A stretch of 64,000 bases of DNA from Heterodontus francisci (taxonomy: Eukaryota): contig NC_090404.1 in NCBI RefSeq assembly GCF_036365525.1, positions 12,862,550 through 12,926,549 on the forward strand. The letters run 5' to 3'. A program made the translations under genes and the position numbers. The notes below the pieces were generated by a model. That model worked only from the letters and a program-made list of their open reading frames with translations, made no database searches and had not been told where the DNA came from. This document shows positions 24,757 to 36,149 of the stretch, piece by piece. Position 1 is the first letter of the stretch, and every line of letters starts with the position of its first letter.

Positions 24757-25090
24757 AGGCAGATGCAGGAAGGATGGTACCGATGGTGGGGGAGTCCAGA
24801 ACCAGGGGTCACAGTCTCAGGATATGGGGTAAACCTTTCAGGACTGAGGTGAGGATAAATTTCTTCAACCAGAGAGTGGTGAGCCTGTCGCATTCGCTAC
24901 CACAAAAAGCAGTTGAGGCCAAAACATTGTATGTTTTCAAGAAGGAGTTGGGTCTTAAGGGATCAAAGGGTATGGGGCGAAAGCGGGAACAGGTTACTGA
25001 GTTGGATGATCGGCCATGATCATAATGATTGGCGGAGCAGGCTCGAAGGGCCGAATGGCCGACTCCTGCTCCTATTTTCTACGTTTCTAA
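24757..25090 (+). mobile_element. CR1 3' fragment
   Basis: GESRTRGHSLRI..FFNQRVV and 3' tail. Confidence 0.85.
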
Positions 25091-25560
25091 GTTTTTCTTT
25101 TATTCAGGTTGCTTTAATGATTCATTATTTGAATGTTTTTACAGGTTGATGTCTCTCGGTCTGAGTGTTTCAGACTGGACACTTTATGATCTGCACAATA
25201 ATACAACCCACAACGTTCATTCACAAACACTGACTTCCATTTTCTTTCAATTTATCTGGTGCTGGATGACCGTGAACGTTTTATACCGGCTCCACAGAGT
25301 CATTACTTTTTTTGCTCCTCCATTTCCCGGTTTCCAATTATTCTTTTTTTTTCAGTGAAGCTGCACTAGAGGATCCCTGATCCAAACTGGTCTCGTTGCA
25401 AAGGGACAACAGGTGACCGTGGCACAGACAGGCCGCTGTTCATCTGTCAGTCAGTTTTCAGCCTCATCCAGCTGCATTTGTATATAGTTAATATACTTAT
25501 CATCAATAATGGTAGATGTACGTTATAATTAACAGTACTAGGTTTAATCTAGAAGTACTA

Positions 25561-25975
25561 GGGGTCAGCCTTGTCTCGATGGCAGCACTCCCGTCGCTGT
25601 GTCAGAAGGCGTTGGGCTTAAACCCCACTCAAGAGAGTTTGGCCACAATGTCCACTGCCAGTAATGAGAGAGTGCTGCATTGTTGGAGGTGCCGTCTTTC
25701 GGATGAGATGTTCAACCTACGACCCTGTCTGCCCTCTCAGATACATGTAAGAGACACAATTAACACTATTTCGAAGATCAGGGGAATTTTGCCAGATAAC
25801 TTGGTCAATATTTGTCCGTCAACTAACAGCATTGAAATATATTATCTGCTCATAATCACATTGATGTTTGCACGGCTTTGCTGTGTGCAGATTGGTTGAT
25901 GTGTTTCCCTACATTACAACAGTGTTTACAAATACAAGAACTTTATTGATTGTAAAGCACTTGGGCCGTCCTGAA
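25561..25975 (+). mobile_element. DeuSINE (SacSINE1-like)
   Basis: gtgccgtctttcggatgagatgtt..ccctgtctgccctctc..cactatttcgaaga..tcaatattt Deu-domain; related copies at 45270-45681 and 63640-64000. Confidence 0.7.
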
Positions 25976-25992
25976 AGGATTTATATCCATTT

Positions 25993-26510
25993 CACAGAAT
26001 CACAGAATCACAGAATAATACAGCGCAGAAGAGGCCCTTCGGCCCATCGAGTCTGCACCGATGCATTAAAGACCCCTGACCTGTCTACCTAATCCCATTT
26101 GCCAGCACTTGGCCCATAGCCTTGAATGTTATGACGTGCCAAGTGCTCATCCAGCTACTTTTTCAAGGCTGTGAGGCAACCCGCCTCTACCACCCTCCCA
26201 GGCAGGGCCTTCCAGACCGTCACCACCCTCTGGGTAAAAAAGTTCTTCCTCAAATCCCCCTTAAACCTCCCGCCCCTCACCTTAAACTTGTGACCCCTCG
26301 TAACTGACCCTTCAACTAACGGGAACAGCTGCTCCCTATCCACCCTGTCCATGCCCTACATAATCTTGTACACTTCGATCAGGTCACCCCTCAGTCTTCT
26401 CTGCTCCAGCGAAAACAACCCAAGCCTATCCAACCTCTCTTCATAGCTTAAATGTTCCATCCCAGGCAACATCCCGGTGAATCGCCTCTGCACCCCCTCC
26501 AATGCAATTT
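25993..26510 (-). mobile_element. CR1 3' fragment
   Basis: MDRVDREQLFPLVEGSVTRGHKFKVRG..FFTQRVV; (CACAGAAT)n tail on the plus strand. Confidence 0.88.
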
Positions 26511-26715
26511 CATTCTTTCTTTCCATCTTTCAGCAAAGGACTTTAACTGCTCAAACTATATTTGAATATCTTCATTACATATTTGAATGAACAAAGTTGC
26601 AGATGCATTAGAATTCGCAATGCAAGGTCCAATGATCAATAGAGGGGGCAGGTCAGACTCGCCCCTGATCACAATGTTTCCCAAATATGTGCTGATATGT
26701 TGTTCAATCTCTGAC

Positions 26716-27061
26716 AGTTTTTGTACATGTTCATCCTAGCTCTGCGTCTGCAAGGGTCCCAATGCACAGGCATACACCGTGGAGTCTGTCAGTTATGTTT
26801 TAGACACTTCTAGCAGGACAATCTGGCTCAAATAATCGAGGTTCGCTGAAAAGCGGTCCTCTGAAAATCTCCCTGTGTTCCCGCCGTATTTAGGTCTCTG
26901 CAACAAATATTCCATGGATAGGCTAGGATGCCTATGGTACCAAAATAAGTTAATGTCGGTGGTGTCTACAGCTGTATCATTACAGTGCAATTGAATATCC
27001 TCTCCTTCACCGACTGTGGTTGCAGCCAGTGTCTGTGAAACAGCGTCTCCTCGACAATGTA
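26716..27061 (-). pseudogene. TCR alpha/delta-type V pseudogene (V4)
   Basis: DAVSQT..IQLHCN..NLFWYHRHP..EDRFSA..VSKT*LTDSTVYACALG; stop at 26793-26795; nonamer ACAAAAACT (26724-26716) with a 23-nt spacer, but the heptamer position reads CTTGCAG; acceptor AG lost. Confidence 0.88.
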
Positions 27062-27721
27062 TCATAAGACCCAGAATGACATTAAATTAAACAATGCCAT
27101 TATACTGTGTCAATCCCCCAGAATCAGCCCGTAACCTACAACATTTACATGAGAATGAGATCAAGGTAGTAAAACAGAAATATATCTCCCACATTTCAGG
27201 GGTTGCAATAGGCAGTTACTGGGATCAACTGATTAAAACTTCCTTTCATAAACCTTCTGTCCTTCCTAATGGTATCATTTCCTCACCGTCACCTCTCGTG
27301 ATCTGAAGGGAAATCTCCAAACGGTCTATGGCTTTAAGTCTGTCAAAGTCCGTCATTGGTTTCTGTGGAGCGGGTCTGGTGGATCTGAACTCTCAGCTGA
27401 ACTCGTCCACTATACTCACTAGGGAAGATTGTCGAACTTCCCCAGACAGTGCTCAGTGTTGAATCAAGGTGGCTCCGGGTGGGTTTATTCATTTAGGATC
27501 ATTCCACTTAAATGCTTCTGTTCAAGGAACTGATGGGTTCAAAATAATGTATGATAACGATGTGAACGACTGCGTTATGTAAGTTGTGAACTTAATCAAT
27601 TAATACAGCTGCAGCTGTGAGGAATAAATAAAAAGTAACAACCAGCATGTTTGCAGAGAGTTAGCGGTGGAATTGAGCGGAACGGGTTGAAGCTGAAATT
27701 GTTGCCTTCAATACGTGGAAA

Positions 27722-28880
27722 CATGGACAAAAGAGCTGAACTCAAGAGGTGGGGAGAGAATGACTGCGCTTGATATCAAGGCAGCATTTGACGGAGTATG
27801 GCATCAATGATACCGAGCAAAACTGAAGTCAATGGGAAACTGGGGGTGAACTCTCCGCTGGTTGGAGTCATGCCTAGTGCAAAGGAAGATGGTTATGATT
27901 GTTGGAGGTCAATCATCTCCATCCCACGACTTCACTGCAGGAGTTCCTCAGGGTAGTGTCCTAGGCCCAACTACCTTCAGCTGCTTCATCAATGGCCTTC
28001 CTTCAATCATAAGGTCAGAGGTGGGGATGTTCGCTAATGATTGCACAATGTTCAGCACCATTCGTGATACCTCAGTCACTGAAGCAGTCCGTGTAGAAAT
28101 GCAGCAAGACCTGGACAATATCCAGGCGTGGGCTGATAAGTGACAAGCAGCATTCATGCCACACAAGTGCTAGGCAATGACCATCTCCAACAAGACAGAA
28201 TCTAACCATCTCCTCTTGTCGTTAATGGCATTACCATCTCTGAATACTCCACTTTCAACATCCTAGGGGCTACCATTGACCAGAGCAGGTCAGAGGCTAA
28301 GAATCCTGCGGCGAGTAACTCACCTCCTGACTCCCCAAAGCGTGTCCACCATCTACAAGGCACAAGTCAGGAATGTGATGGAATACTCTCCACTTGCCTG
28401 GATGGGTGCAGCTCCAACATCACTCAAGAAGCTCGACACCATCCAGAACAAAGCAGCCCGCTTGATTGACACCCCATCTCCAAACATTCACTCCCTCCAC
28501 CACCGACGGACAGTGGCAGCAGTGTGTACCATCTACAAGATGCACTGCAGCAACGCACCAAGGTTCCTTAGACAGCAACTTCCAAACCCGCGACCTCTAC
28601 CACCTATAAGGACAAGGGCAGCATATGCATCGGAACACCACCACCTGCAAGTACCCCTCCAAGTCACACACCATCCTGACTTGGAACTATATCGCCGTTC
28701 CTTCACTATCACTGGGTCAAAATCCTGGAAGTCCCTTCCTAACAGCACTGTGGGTGTACCTATCTCCCATGGACAGCAGCGGTTCAATAAGGCAGCTCAC
28801 CACCACGTTCTCAAGGGCAATTAGGGATGGGAAATAAATGCTGACCTTGCCAGCGACGTCCACATCCCATGAATGAATAA
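27722..28880 (+). mobile_element. 5'-truncated non-LTR retrotransposon (second CR1-group family)
   Basis: LDIKAAFD, AGVPQGSVLGP, FANDCT, IYKAQVR.VMEY; 3' tail aagggcaattagggatgg..catgaatgaat. Confidence 0.85.
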
Positions 28881-29489
28881 AAAAAAGATGTTGGGCCATA
28901 TCCGGACCCTCTGCGAATTGGTTCCATCCTCACTGAATCATTTAACAGCCAATCAGCTCGCAGCTCCTTTGTTTTCCAATTCATCCAATCATCTTGCTCT
29001 TCAGTTCATGATGCCAGAGCGTGTAGGAGCGAACAGAGTGAAATTGTTCTGCTCACAAAAGGAATATGATGGAGATTAAACGCAAGGGTTCACCTTCAAA
29101 CAGGGTCAGCATGTGAGGTGTCAAAACTAAAAGGATGGAATGAATGTTATTCTTCTATCGGTGCCGTTAAAAGAACTGTTCATTGACCAGTATAACCATC
29201 GGCAGCCGATATCAAGGGGATATAGAGGCCCAGAAAATCCTAGAATGTCGCTATGCGGTGAATTGGACAAACGCCTCTATTTATATAAATACAATGGAAA
29301 GTCACTCACAGGTTTGAAAATGATTGGACTGAGCAATAAGCGGATGGGCTCAATGCTTCGTGAGTGAGATGCTTATTAAAAATTAACAAGTCTCTGACAT
29401 TGATAATGCTTTAATAATTTAAATATAGCACAACTTCTAATTGAGACTAATACCTCTATTTCCGATTTTTTTTTCCCGTTTCTTCAATT

Positions 29490-31978
29490 AAGTTACTGAA
29501 TAATGGCAGGATTGGGTGTTTAATATTGCTGGATACAAGGTGTTCAGGAAAGATAGGAAAGGGAAAAAGGGGGAGGGTGGCGGTATTGATTAAGGAGAGC
29601 ATGGCAGTGCTGGAGAAAAAGGATGCTCCAGAGGGGTCGAGGACAGACTCAATTTGTATAGAGCTAAGGAACAAAATGGTGCGATCACATTGCTCTGTGT
29701 CGTCTGCAGGCCACCAGCTAATGGGATGTGAAGGAATAAATTTGCAAGGAAATTGCAGAAAGATGCAAAAATTATAGGGTAGTTATAATGGGGCACTTTA
29801 ATTATCCAAACATAGATCAGGATAATAGTAGTGCAAAGGGAGTGAGAGGCAAGAGTTCCTAGAGTGTGTTCGGAAAATTTTTTTACAACAGTATGTTGCT
29901 AGTCCAACGAGAAAGGAGGCACTGCTGGATCTGGTTCTTGGGAATGAGGTGGGCCAAGTGGATCAAGTATCAGTAGGAAATCATTTAGCAGATAGTGATC
30001 ATTGGATCATAAGGTTTAGGCTGAATATAGAAAAGGACAAAGGGCATTAAGATAAAAGAGAAAAAGTGTGCCAGGTAGAAAATACGATTGAGAACTAGGC
30101 TTAATATAAAAAGTCTAGAGGGGAAATGAAAAAGTAAATAAGAGAAGCAAGAGAGAACATGAAAAGAGACTGGCAGTTAGCATTAAAGGAAATCCCAACG
30201 CTTTCTACAGGCATATAAATAGTAAAAGGGTGGTAAAAGGAGGAATGGGACCGATTAGGGACAAGACAGGGGATTTACACATGGAGACAGAGGGCATAGC
30301 TGAGGTATTAAATGAATACTTTACACAGGCAATATTGAATGAGGAGGTAAGTCAGACACTAGAGGGGTTTAAAATTGATAAAGAGTAAGTATTAGATAGG
30401 CTGTCTGTACTTAAAGTGGAGATAGCATCAGGGCCGGATGAGATGCATCCAAGAATACTGAGGGAAGTGAGGGTGGAAGTCGCAGAGGCACTGGCCTTAA
30501 TCTTTCAGTCCTCCTTAGACTCAGGGGTGGTGCCAGAGGACTAGAGAATGCAAACATTACACCCTTGTTCAAAAAAGGATGTAAAGATAAGCCCAAGCAA
30601 CTACAGGCCAGTCAGTTTAACTTCGGTGGTGGGAAAACCTCTAGAAAAAATAATTCGAGACAAAATCAATAGTCACATGGACAAATGTCAGTTACTTAAA
30701 GAAAGTCAGCAAGGCTTTCGTAAGGAACATCATGTTTACCTAACATGATGGAGTATTTTGAGGAGGAAACAGAGAGGGTTGATGAGGGCAATGCTGTTGA
30801 TGTAGTGTACATAGACTTGCAAAATATGTCTGATACAGTGCCACACAACAGACATGTGAGCAAACTTGCAGCTCGTGGAATAAAAGGGACGGTAGCAACA
30901 TGGAAAGAAAATTGGCTGAGTGACAGGAAACAAAGAGTAGTGGTTAATGGATTTTTCGGGCTGGAGGAAGGTTTGTAGTGGAGTTCCCCAGGGATCAGTG
31001 TTGGGACCCTTGCTTTTCCTGATATATGTTAATGACCGAGACCTTGGTGTACAGGGTGCAATTTCAAAGTTTGCAGATAATACGAAACTTGGAAGCATTG
31101 TGAACTGCGAGGAGGATAGTGTCGAACTTCAAAAGGACATAGACAAGTTGGTGGAATGGGCAGACAGGTGGCAGATGAAGTTCAATGCAGAGAAATGTGA
31201 AGTGATAAATTTTAGTTGGAATAACATGGACAGGCAATATAGAATAAAGGGTACAATTCTAAAGGGGGTGCAGAAGCACAGGGACCTAGGTGTATATGTG
31301 CTTACATCCTTGAAGGTGGCAAGACAGGTTGAGAGAGCGGTTAATAAAGCGTACAGTATCCTGGGCTGTATTAATAGGGGCATAGAGTACAAGAGAAAGG
31401 AAGTTATGTTGAACTTGCATAATTCATTAGTTCCGCCTTAGTTGGAGTATTGAGTCCAATTCAGGGCGCCACACTTGAGGAAAGACGTGAGGACATTGGA
31501 GAGAGTACAGAAAAGATTCACGAGACTGGTTCCAGGGATGTAGAATTCCAATTATGAAGATAGATTGGAGAAGTTAGGACTGATTTCCTTGGATAAGAGA
31601 AGGTGATTTAATAGAAGTATTCAAAATCATGAGGGGTCTGGACAGAGTAGATAGAGAGAAACAGTTCCCACCGGAGAAAGGATCGAGAACGAGACGGCAG
31701 AGATTTAAAGTATTTGGTAAGAGAAGCTGAAGTGACATGAGTTTTTAAAAAATCACGCAGTGAGTGGTTAAGGTCTGGAATGCGCTGCCTGAGAACGTGG
31801 TGAAGGCAGGTTCAATTGAAGGATTCAAAGGGGAATTAGACAGTTCTATAAAAAGGAAGAATGTGCAGGGTTATGGGGAGAAGGCAGGGTAATGGAACTG
31901 AGGGAGATGCTCTTTCAGAGAGCCGGTGCGGTCACAATGGGCCGAACGGCCTCCTTCTGCACTGTAACGATTCTGTGA
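29490..31978 (+). mobile_element. Degraded CR1 LINE ORF2
   Basis: Endonuclease remnants, NYRPVSLTSVVGK, SGVPQGSVLGPLLF, KFADNTKLG, 3' tail. Confidence 0.9.
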
Positions 31979-32032
31979 TGTTCTCAGCCTGTAACTCTTC
32001 CAACACTGAAATCAAGTGAACACAGCCTCCCG

Positions 32033-32046
32033 CTGCCCTCTAGTGG
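32033..32046 (-). promoter_or_regulatory. CTCF motif ~320 bp downstream of the V5 RSS
   Basis: CCACTAGAGGGCAG on the minus strand, a consensus match. Confidence 0.65.
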
Positions 32047-32407
32047 CAACTACAATAACGCTCGTGTCCAATGATCTCATCATCGAGATGCCAAATTCAC
32101 CATCACAAACATGTTAGTAGCCGAAAAACACTTCGCGTTTTCCACTCGCCGACAGAATTCACAGAGTTGAGATTTGTTTACATGGTATGAACACTTGCAA
32201 CAAAGGAGGAAGGGATCATTGAGACAGGAAGTGAAGAGAAGATGACTGTACATTTACTTCTGTGCTTCTACCTACTACATATTCCTACCTTTGTAGCTGT
32301 TGTCCGTTCTATTATCACAAGCCATATCACAGATCAAATTCCGTGAAAGGAAGTGAGGGTCCTTTGCCGGTGTTTGCATGGACAGACTGTGCTCCTGCAA
32401 CAATATA

Positions 32408-32840
32408 GGGCTCAGCACACAGTGATGCACGGCACAGTCAGAGACAAGAACCCCGGCAACTTTTAAAGTTACCGTTTTCTTGTCTTTGTCCAAATCAGCA
32501 GAGAAACAGTCTGGGAAATCTGGAAACTTATCTCCCGAGCTATATCTTTTCAGTAAATATCTGGGAGCTTCCTCGGGATATTGAATGTACCAGAAGCGAG
32601 TTGAGCCACCGTATGCTGCCGAATAATTACAGTTCATTATTACGGTCTGTCCTTCCTGAACCGTTAATTCAGGCGGATATTGGGACGCTGAATCTTTGCC
32701 ATTCGTTCCTGAAACATAAACGCAAAATTTGTAAAATATTTTAGAGTAGAAATAACTCGTAAAACATACACTGATTATTGAAACATAGACTCACCAGGCA
32801 GTACGACCATTATCATCAGTAAGGAACATGGGGAACACAT
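32408..32840 (-). CDS. TCR alpha/delta-type V segment (V5): open frame but defective RSS; leader exon 32840-32795, V exon 32708-32408
   Basis: Leader MCSPCSLLMIMVVLP|gtgagt; tttcag acceptor; DSASQYPP..VIMNCNYS..FWYIQYP..SDCAVHHCVLS with no stops; heptamer TATATTG (32407-32401), 23-nt spacer, nonamer GCAAACACC (32377-32369). Confidence 0.85.
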
Positions 32841-33439
32841 GGTATCTGGATTAGATTTCGACAGAATATAACAAAATATTTTCAACATATTGACCTTTCT
32901 AGTCTGATATTAAAGGGTAAGCTCAGATCAGAGGCAGGCATCACTTGATGGATGACTGAGGGCGTTTCCAAAAGATAGGATTGGCTGGTCTCAGACTAAG
33001 GTCAACTGTGCACCAATCATTGCTACTTGTGCAGCAATTACTGCTGCCCCTCTGCAAACTCTTTCCTTCACTGTCTCTATCTGTGTGTCTCTTTCCCTGT
33101 CTCGCTCACTTTCCCCGTGAGTCTCTGCAAGTAATTCTACCTTTTTCTCGCTTTGTCGTCCTGTTAATTGTGCATCAGTGTTTAATTATCTGCAGGTGGA
33201 GGGTGTTAACTGGAGACTTACTTGAGCACTTATAACGGGGCTCTTACTGAGACCTCAAACTGAAGTTGAGTGAGAAGCAACATGTTAGTAATCCTTTTAC
33301 TCTGTGCAATATATGTGAAACTGAGCAAGGATAGGCTCCAGCACTATCCTACTACAACAAGCTTTCTGGAGTTTAACATCCCTTTCTGTTCCGCTCAAAG
33401 TCTCTATTTATAAATATATTGATCGATCTCTAATAAACA

Positions 33440-34216
33440 GGAAAAGTGAAAAGGCAAGGGAATATACAATGGATAGTAAGACCCTAGGAAGTACAGAAGG
33501 TCAGAGGGACCTTCGTGTACTTGTCCATAGATCATTGAAGGCAGCTGCACAGATAGATAAGGTGGTTAGGAAGGCAATTGGGATACTTGCCTTTATTAGC
33601 CGAGGCATAGAATATTAGAGCAGGGAGGTTATGATGGAGCTGTATAAAACGCTAGTTAGGCCACAGCTGGAGTACTGTGTACAGTTCTGGGCACCACACT
33701 ATAAGAAGGATGTGATTGCACTGGAGAGGGTGCAGAGGAGATTCACCAGGATGTTGCCTGGGCTGGAGCATTTCAGCTATGAAGAGAGACTGAAAAGGCT
33801 AGGGTTGTTTTCCTTAGAACAGAGAAGGCTGAGGGGAGACATGATTGAGATATACAAAATTATGAGGGACATTGATAGGATAGATAGGAAGAGACTTTTC
33901 CCTGAGTGGAGGGGTCAATAGCCAGGGGGCATAGATTTAAGGTAAGGGGAAGGAGGTTTAGAGGGGGTTTGAGGAAAACAAATGTCACCCAGAGGGTGGT
34001 TGGAATCTGGAATACACTGCTTGAATGGGTGGTAGAGGCAGGAACCCTCACAACATTTAAGAAGTATTTAGATGAGCACTTGAAACGCCACAGCACTTGA
34101 AACGCCACAGAGCCAAGTGCTCGAAAATGGGACCGGAATAGTTGCTTGATGGCCAGCACAGACACGATGGGCCAAAGGGTCTGATTCGGTGCTGTATAAC
34201 TCTATGACTCTATGAC
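33440..34216 (+). mobile_element. CR1 3' fragment
   Basis: [29 protein letters not shown]; ctctatga tail. Confidence 0.88.
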
Positions 34217-34315
34217 AATGTTACAAATGAAATCATGACTTAATCTGTTTGTTCACCTAACTGTAACTAAGCTGAATGTGACAACTTAAATGTCCCTCTG
34301 GAGACTCTCACCCAG

Positions 34316-34322
34316 TATAAAT
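34316..34322 (+). promoter_or_regulatory. TATA box of the GPR139-like gene
   Basis: TATAAAT ~80 bp upstream of the ATG; the same agtataaatg context lies upstream of the paralogous pseudogene. Confidence 0.55.
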
Positions 34323-34397
34323 GAGGGATCTTTGAACGTATGGCAGAGCTAAGCTAAGGTGTATAGCTTGGAGAATTCCCATACCTTCTGAAATACA

Positions 34398-34467
34398 ATG
34401 CATGGACCAGCGAATGGCCCCGTTTATGCCATTTACTATCCAGTTCTCGCTGTTATTGGTGTCCCGG
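34398..34467 (+). CDS. GPR139-like class A GPCR, exon 1
   Basis: MHGPANGPVYAIYYPVLAVIGVP plus G|gtaagt; YYP..A.IG.P is the start of TM1 in this family; phase 1 matches exon 2. Confidence 0.85.
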
Positions 34468-35299
34468 GTAAGTTATAAATACCAATTTTTTATTTTTTAT
34501 TTTCTGTATATCTCCACTACTTTTGTCTCATCCCTTGCAGGATCGGGTTGACGTTTTCTGATATTCAGCACTGTATGAGTGTAAGGGACTTCAATTGGGA
34601 TTATATATATCTCTATAGATTGCATGATATTATATTATACTTTAGTAAATTGACTATAGTAAATTATAGTGCATTACTTGCAATTGCATTATGGAGCATT
34701 GAAATATATTATTCAATGTATTATGGTGTGCATATGCAGAATGATCGTTTATTAGTTCGCAGAAATATGTACCATAACATATGATGCATGGACACTATTC
34801 TGTTACATTGTTGAGCATTCGACTTTATTCCAACGTAGTAGAATATAATCGTTTTAACATAGCGTAGAATAATAGTTTATCATAGTGCAGTAAAATGTAT
34901 TCTCGTGCATTTCTTTAATTACAGTATGTTACAATGAATTATTACAGTGCAATAATGAGATGCATTGTGATTTAAAGTACTTTCAATGATTACACGAATC
35001 TGCAGTGTCACATCTGGAAGGATGTTGTAGTGACAGTATAGAGAGTTCCCATTGGGTAGTTCCCATTTTTCATGTGGTCATAGGAATAAGGAGGCATATT
35101 TATTTTTCTTCAACTGCTGCAGTCCATGTGTTGACGGTACTTCACAAAAAACATTTGATACCGAAATGCATAAGGAGATACCAGGGCAGATGGACAAAAA
35201 GTAGTCGAAAGGTAGATTTTCAGCAGCATTGTAAAGAAGGAAACAGATGTGGAGAGGTTTAGGGAGCGAATTCCAGAGATAAGGGCCTCGGCATAAGTG

Positions 35300-35920
35300 C
35301 ATATAAAATAGGAGCAGGAGTAGGCCATTCGACCTTTCGAGCCTTCTGCCCATTCGATAAGGTCATGGCTGATCTGATTGTGGCTTCAACTCCACTTTCC
35401 TGCCTACCACCCATAACCCTTTAGTCCGTTGCACATCCAAAATCTCTTTAACTCAGCCTTGAATGTATTTAATGACCCAGCCTCCACTGCTCTCTGGGGT
35501 ACAGAATTCCAAAGATTACCGACCCTCTGAGAGTAGAAGTTCCTCATAATTCCCGTCTTAAATGGGAAACGCCTAATTGTGAAACTGTGCCCACTTGTTC
35601 TAAATTCCCCCACCAGGGTAAACATCTACGCAGTACCTGTCCTGTCAAGCCCTTCAGAACCGTATATTCTTCAATAAGAGCATGTCTCATTCTTCTAAAC
35701 TCCATTGAGTAAATGCCCAAATTGCTCAACCTTTCTTTGTAAGACAACACCTCGAACCCACGTGTCAACCCAATGAACCTTCTCTGAACTGCCTCTAATG
35801 CAAGTATATCCCCCCTTCAAAAAGGAGACCAAAACTGAATGCAGTACTTGAGGCGTCGCCTCACCAACACCCTGTACAGCTGCAACAAGATTTTCACACT
35901 TTTATGCTCCATTACTCTTG
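35300..35920 (-). mobile_element. CR1 3' fragment (intronic)
   Basis: GHSFTIR..FYSQRVGNLWNS and 3' tail. Confidence 0.82.
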
Positions 35921-36149
35921 GAATGGGGTGCGGGTACCTTAGATGGCTAGTGTGTGGTTCAGAAGAACGTCAATAGTGTGGGTTCATTTCCCGTTCCGAT
36001 CTGAGGAAAGCTACGTGAAGCCATCTCGTATATCCTCTTCCCTTGTCATACTCATCTCTCTGCGTGGAGAAAAAGAGCAGAGGACTTGCATTTGAGCAGG
36101 CCACCGGCACGCCACCCTTGGAATAAAGGCCAAACAAGGAGCTAGTCGG

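Noticed and set aside
25378-25430. J-segment-like KLV..KG..VTV string
   Set aside because: No in-frame FGxG, no credible 12-bp RSS (CACTAGA with a poly-T nonamer) and no GT donor.
26636-26652. CTCF-like G-rich motif downstream of V4 (a similar one at ~47937-47950)
   Set aside because: Spacing deviates from the consensus by an extra base; too weak to call.
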